Source: Planctomycetota bacterium (GTDB lineage: Bacteria > Planctomycetota > GCA-002687715 > DRQF01). Taken from it: a stretch of DNA of 19,015 nt. The notes beneath the pieces were generated by a model, which did not search any database, was not told the DNA's origin, and worked only from the letters and a program-made list of their open reading frames with translations. The translations under genes and the position numbers were made by a program. Positions 17,519-19,015 of the stretch are shown here, piece after piece (position 1 is the first letter of the stretch; the number at the start of each line of letters is the position of its first letter). The stretch is taken from assembly GCA_027001995.1 (NCBI GenBank), contig JALTLO010000074.1, positions 1-19,015 of the forward strand. Reading direction: 5' to 3'.

Positions 17519-18981
17519 GGACGTACCTCTTTCTTTTGAGTACTTGGGTAAGACATGGGCTCCAGCCCAACTGTTAGGTGCATCAGGTCAACGGCTGCTA
17601 GGACATCGACTTTCGCAATCGATAACTCGCCACGAGCGCGGGCCAAGGCGGCTTCGGTATCGACCAGATCCGCCGCAGAAAGCCGACCAATCTTAAACCG
17701 CTCTCTTTGAGAAACCGCCGTCTTTTCTGCAGCTTCCGAGCCCGTCTTCGCTGCCAAATATCGGGTTCGAGCTGAATCATTTAAGGCTTGGGCGGTGAAG
17801 TAGTCGGCCCGTGCTGTTTCTTCCAAACGATGTAATTCTTCTAAGGCTTCGCGCCGTTTTGATCTGGCGATCCCCAACAGTGCTGCTCGTCTCCCGCCGG
17901 AGAAAAGAGGCATCTCCAATCCGATGCTGACCTGCCCAATCGTGTTGCCTTGAACATCCGCTCCTGCGAGGTGTTCCAACCTACCTTCCAAGAACAACTC
18001 TGGTTTGTACCGTGAGAGGGCCACTTCTTCGGCCTCCCCGGCAGCGTACAGTTGTGCCAGAGCCGCTTGCAGGTCAGGTCTGTCTGCGACCAATTCAATG
18101 GAAGGCGCGAAAATCGGTGGAAGTACGCCGGGTCGCGGAATCTGAGGTATCTGCGGGCCGGCAAGGATGGCCTCCAGATTTGCCTTGGCTGCTACACGAC
18201 GACTCTTCAGGGTGGCGAGATCTCCTTGAACTCGCGCCAGAGCAGCCTCCAAGCGGTGTTGCTCGACTTCAGCGAGCCGGCCTAATTTGACTGACTCGAT
18301 CGCAATGTTCACTTGCGCGGCAAGAGATCTTCGTTGTTGCTCCAAAGCAGTTTCCAAGCCATCAATCCGTTGTAAGTCGCGATAAAAAGTAGCAGCCGCG
18401 TGTAGCACTGTCAGTCGCGTATTCTTTTCCAGGAATGCCGTTGCATCCCGGCTCCAACCGGCCTTGCGCGTATTGGCTCCAATCCGGCCGCTTAAATCGA
18501 GATTTAGCCGTCCGGAAAGCCCAACATCAACCACGTTGTCGTCAAAGGGAAGAGAACCGATGTTGATGGGAGGTGACAAAGGAACGATGACTCTCTTGTT
18601 GGCGAACTGAGTATCGCGAACGAATAAGGAAATCTCGCCCCAGTATTCCGAGCGGGCCAGATCGAACCCGTCTTGTCCCGACTTTGTTCTGGCCGCGGCA
18701 GCGAGAACCGCCGGGGCACGGGTTTCGGCTGCGCGCAGGATTGCCGCCAGAACAGGCTCTGAGGAGGTACTATCTAGCGAAGGAAGAGTCATCGTGGAAG
18801 CCTGAGGCTCTCGGCGAATCTGAATGCCTCGATTAAGAGGCTGAGCCGGTGGCCAGTTTATGCCAGCGCATGCTGAGAATAGGGTGGAAGCTGCAACCAA
18901 CACGACGAGGTGGCTTGTCCTAAGACCTGCTTTTTTCTCCGCCTGCTTAGCCATGGCTAAGTTTCGGATGAACGCGCTCAT
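17515..18981 (-). CDS. TolC-family outer membrane efflux protein (lipoprotein)
   Basis: Lipobox LFSAC, RPDLQAA, IGLEMPLFSGG and ERFKIGRLSAADLVDTE. It overlaps the MFP by ATGA. The exact start is uncertain. Confidence 0.92.
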   Translation of the reverse strand: MSAFIRNLAMAKQAEKKAGLRTSHLVVLVAASTLFSACAGINWPPAQPLNRGIQIRREPQASTMTLPSLDSTSSEPVLAAILRAAETRAPAVLAAAARTKSGQDGFDLARSEYWGEISLFVRDTQFANKRVIVPLSPPINIGSLPFDDNVVDVGLSGRLNLDLSGRIGANTRKAGWSRDATAFLEKNTRLTVLHAAATFYRDLQRIDGLETALEQQRRSLAAQVNIAIESVKLGRLAEVEQHRLEAALARVQGDLATLKSRRVAAKANLEAILAGPQIPQIPRPGVLPPIFAPSIELVADRPDLQAALAQLYAAGEAEEVALSRYKPELFLEGRLEHLAGADVQGNTIGQVSIGLEMPLFSGGRRAALLGIARSKRREALEELHRLEETARADYFTAQALNDSARTRYLAAKTGSEAAEKTAVSQRERFKIGRLSAADLVDTEAALARARGELSIAKVDVLAAVDLMHLTVGLEPMSYPSTQKKEVRP

Positions 18982-19015
18982 AAACTGACTCCGAATATAT
19001 GATTGAGGCAGAGAT

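Noticed and set aside
1..19015. CRISPR array, tRNA (including selC) or rRNA
   Set aside because: No regularly spaced repeats or cloverleaf/rRNA signatures were seen by eye. The Sec machinery would have to lie outside the window.

Overview
Bacterial window, probably Planctomycetota; this is inferred from the style of the Hint domain and the C-terminal domain of the 8272-10056 protein. From left to right: (1) the tail of a polymorphic-toxin locus, with a partial pretoxin-Hint + GIY-YIG/URI-fold nuclease gene, an LRR candidate immunity gene, an IS256-family element, degenerate Hint remnants, a DUF4272 gene and a decayed orphan toxin tip; (2) two convergent large integral-membrane GT-C-type (YfhO-like) glycosyltransferase genes; (3) an Acr3 arsenite exporter; (4) a divergently transcribed gene that the ORF track splits in two (11878-12123 and 12175-12696); (5) a TolC/MFP/RND efflux operon on the minus strand. 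The main find is item 4. It reads as one in-frame lipoprotein with an HMA-like metal-binding domain fused to a thioredoxin. The HMA CxxC motif is encoded TGA-CTT-GGC-TGA and is followed by a perfect hairpin at SECIS distance, so it is a candidate double-selenocysteine (UxxU) protein beside an arsenite exporter.
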